A stretch of DNA of 64,000 nucleotides, taken from the NCBI RefSeq assembly GCF_036321535.1, contig NC_087437.1, positions 98,768,001 to 98,832,000 on the forward strand, in the 5' to 3' direction. The position numbers were made by a program, and so were the translations under genes. The notes under the pieces are model-generated. The model ran no database searches and was not told where the DNA came from. It worked only from the letters and a program-made list of their open reading frames with translations. The DNA is from Camelus dromedarius (Eukaryota). Below are positions 61,290-64,000 of this stretch, piece after piece; the first letter of the stretch is position 1, and the number at the start of each line of letters is the position of its first letter.

Positions 61290-63839
61290 GGCACGTGCAG
61301 AACATGTGTTCTACTCCAAGCGAAGCTGAGAAGGGGGCCGAACTTCTGATGGGGGATAAATGTAGAGATCTAAAGAGGGTGAAAAGCAAACACCCGGCCC
61401 TGAGAGCAACTACAAATTTCTTGTGGCAAAGAGAACTATGTGAAAAGGCAGCCCTGGAACCCAACCAGAGCATCTCTGCAGCTCTCAACAAGTTGCCCAG
61501 CATCAAAATGAACAAAACAATTGTGGGTAAGGACCAGGGACCTCTTCCATTTTTATGGGATAACGTGAGCCTTAGCTTCTTAGATGAAAACAAAGAGTAA
61601 GTTCTAGTAATTACTGATACTGGATGGCCTGCCAGTCAGATGATTGGGAACTCAAAGCAGTTTAAATCTGGTTAGAAAAATAGAACATTGTGACATCCCT
61701 GTTATCACTGGGGTAACATAGAATCTACTCACACTCACATTATCTTCCCAAGTATAGATGTTCAATAAGATGTTTCCTTTCTTCCCCTAATCTCCTAGTA
61801 TTTCAACCTAGCTACTCAAAAGCCTTTAAAGGTTCAGCAATTCTGAGCCTGGCATTAAAGATCTCCCCACTAAGGTCTGACACAATGCTACTTTTGCAAA
61901 TTCATTACCAAATAATAACATTTACACATCATGATTTCCAACATAATTACAATATTTTGTGTTTCCTGTTAATGAGTGTTTTATAAAAAAAAGTGCTTTC
62001 ATGCCTTGAAAGGCTTTTTCCATCCCATCTTTACACTTCTAGATCCTACCTGTATTCAAGGTCATTTGCAAATGCTACTTTTTACCATAGATCCTTCCTT
62101 GATCTTCTCAAACGAATTACTGAAGCTCCTAACTCTCTTTGCCTAGATCTTTAACCGCTGGAGTCTCCCAGCAGTGTGTCAGTCACATGCCATTGGAAAA
62201 TAGTATTTCAGCAAGAAGATTCAGTTTTGGGACTGGTTATTTAGGTGTTAGAGGGCTGAAAGCGCAACAGAGAACACTAAAGCTTACCCAGAGATAAATG
62301 CAAGCTGCTCCCCAGAAAGCTTGGGAATTAAAAGAAGCAGTTAAATTATTAGAATTTAGGACCTCAGAGTAGGCTCTTGAAGAACTGGGACTCAGACCTC
62401 TAAGGAGGAGGCAATGCCTGGTCACAGTAGGTACTTATGGAGAGAGCAATTAACTACTTTCAGAATTCAAAGAAGCTGGAGACTGAAACCAGCTGCCATG
62501 GTTATGACGAACTTTTCCTAGAGGGGTGAATGTCACAGCTGCAGCGAACTGTTACTGCCCAGGTGACAGGAGTAGCAATATTAAATAGGAGCAAAGAAGT
62601 CCTTCCCTCCCTCTTCTTGTGTCCCCATCACTCCAGTGCTTCTTGGCAGAACCTAACGTGAAGCCAGCCGGCAACTGAGTCTTAGAAGCACAGTTTGCTG
62701 TGTCTTAGCCCCAGATTGGTAAGGCAGACACACAAAGGTGGGATTGAAATCAGACAAAGCCGCCATTCTGGAAGACTATTGAGAGAGACACTCTGCAGCA
62801 GCAATTCTTTCAATACCTTTAAATTGTAGTTTTTAAAGACTGATCATGTGGCCCACGCATTGAGTTGGTCCAAATTCCGGTAATAACTTTTACCTTCCTA
62901 CCACAAAGCTTCCTTTTATAGTGATCCATTTCCACTGATGCCACTAAGAAGATCTCCAGACACACAAACCAAAGGTCTTGTAGTCCATCAGTTTTTCCTC
63001 CCTACCACATAATGTTCATCTACTACCAAATCCTATTGACTTTCTTCATAATGTTGTTACACATTGCCACTACCATCATGCATTCCCCATCACTTCATAT
63101 TTGGATGGCTGCAAATTATCCAGCTAGTCTTTTTTCTCCCAATCTCAGCAAGTCTTTGTGGAACAAGCACTATGCAAAACAATATGGTAGTCACAGAAAT
63201 AATTATATTGGAATGATGATACTAATATATGTTTTTAAATTATACAATCAATGACATAATACTACCAGTGAATGTTTTGGAATTCATAAAGCATTGAGGC
63301 TAGAGGAATCAGAGCAAGACAATAGAGGGACACTGAGGAATGGTACAAATCGTTGAGGCAGAGGAGACAGGAGAAAAATTAAGGGAAGAGGACACTCCAA
63401 ACTGAAGGACAAGATAAGAAAAAGAGAGGCAAAAATGATCACGTTGATCTTAGGAAGGACACTACGGAGACAGGACTAATCAGACCTCAGGATGCATGCA
63501 GGAAGTACCAGAAGGTCCTTGCTGGGATGGCAGCCACTTTGTGCATGAGCACAAGTGAGCTGTTGAGGACACACATTCCAAGTTACCAGTAAATATATTC
63601 CCATTTCTTGGAGTCTAACCATGACAGGTGGATCAGTATCTCCATTGTTCTGAGCACTGACTCTGATTGCAGACTGATAGCAATAACTTCTTTAATGCCT
63701 AAATAATTTTGTTTATTTCTGTTTACTCTAGTTTGCTTTATTCTTTATTAAAACACTAAGTATTTTTATATCACCTTTGTTCATCATGTCTTTCTCATTT
63801 CGTACAGGATGTTTCTTTTCTAAAGTAGAATGATCACTT

Positions 63840-64000
63840 GAGTATCAGTGAGGATGCTTTTGTTGGCAAAAGAGAGAAAACTCAAAAGATGGCTGGAACA
63901 AATTAGGAAAATACACTCTGTGCATTATGAGAAGACCTAAGGAGGTATTTCCATGGTTAATTATTTCAGGCACGAAACTACATCATCAAGACTGAGTGGG
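63840..64000 (-). mobile_element. Old MaLR LTR (MLT1J/K-like), truncated by the window edge
   Basis: 'gtatcagtgaggatgctttt...gagagaaaactcaa...ggctggaacaaattagg'. Confidence 0.5.

Noticed and set aside
1..64000. CRISPR array, operon or other prokaryotic-type system
   Set aside because: The DNA is mammalian and repeat-rich, with no regularly spaced direct repeats and no long ORFs.

Overview
AT-rich, repeat-dense mammalian non-coding DNA. It is most likely camelid (alpaca/llama/camel), judged from two tRNA-derived SINEs of the vic-1 type and a distinctive young L1 3' end. I found no intact protein-coding gene, RNA gene or CRISPR array; the ORF-track entries are TE remnants, simple-repeat translations or short chance ORFs. 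The only recognisable gene-derived sequence is a full-length but dead processed pseudogene of cyclophilin A (PPIA, minus strand, ~50.03-50.75 kb). The rest is a layered record of L1, L2, MIR, CR1/L3, MaLR/ERVL/ERV1 LTRs and hAT/Tigger DNA transposons, separated by unique stretches that may hold enhancers or lncRNA exons. The best observations are: (1) an L1 insertion carrying a ~110 nt 3' transduction inside a 13-bp TSD; (2) a head-to-head pair of independent young L1 3' ends forming a ~325 bp inverted repeat; (3) an ancient CR1/L3 reverse-transcriptase fossil that reads in one frame for ~120 codons and is CpG-rich, a candidate for exaptation; (4) a perfect 20-bp-stem hairpin; (5) a minus-strand bias of LTRs plus several + strand exon-like segments, hinting at a + strand transcript. 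I see no convincing new multi-gene system. Repeat subfamily names come from recalled consensus sequences, and most boundaries are approximate.
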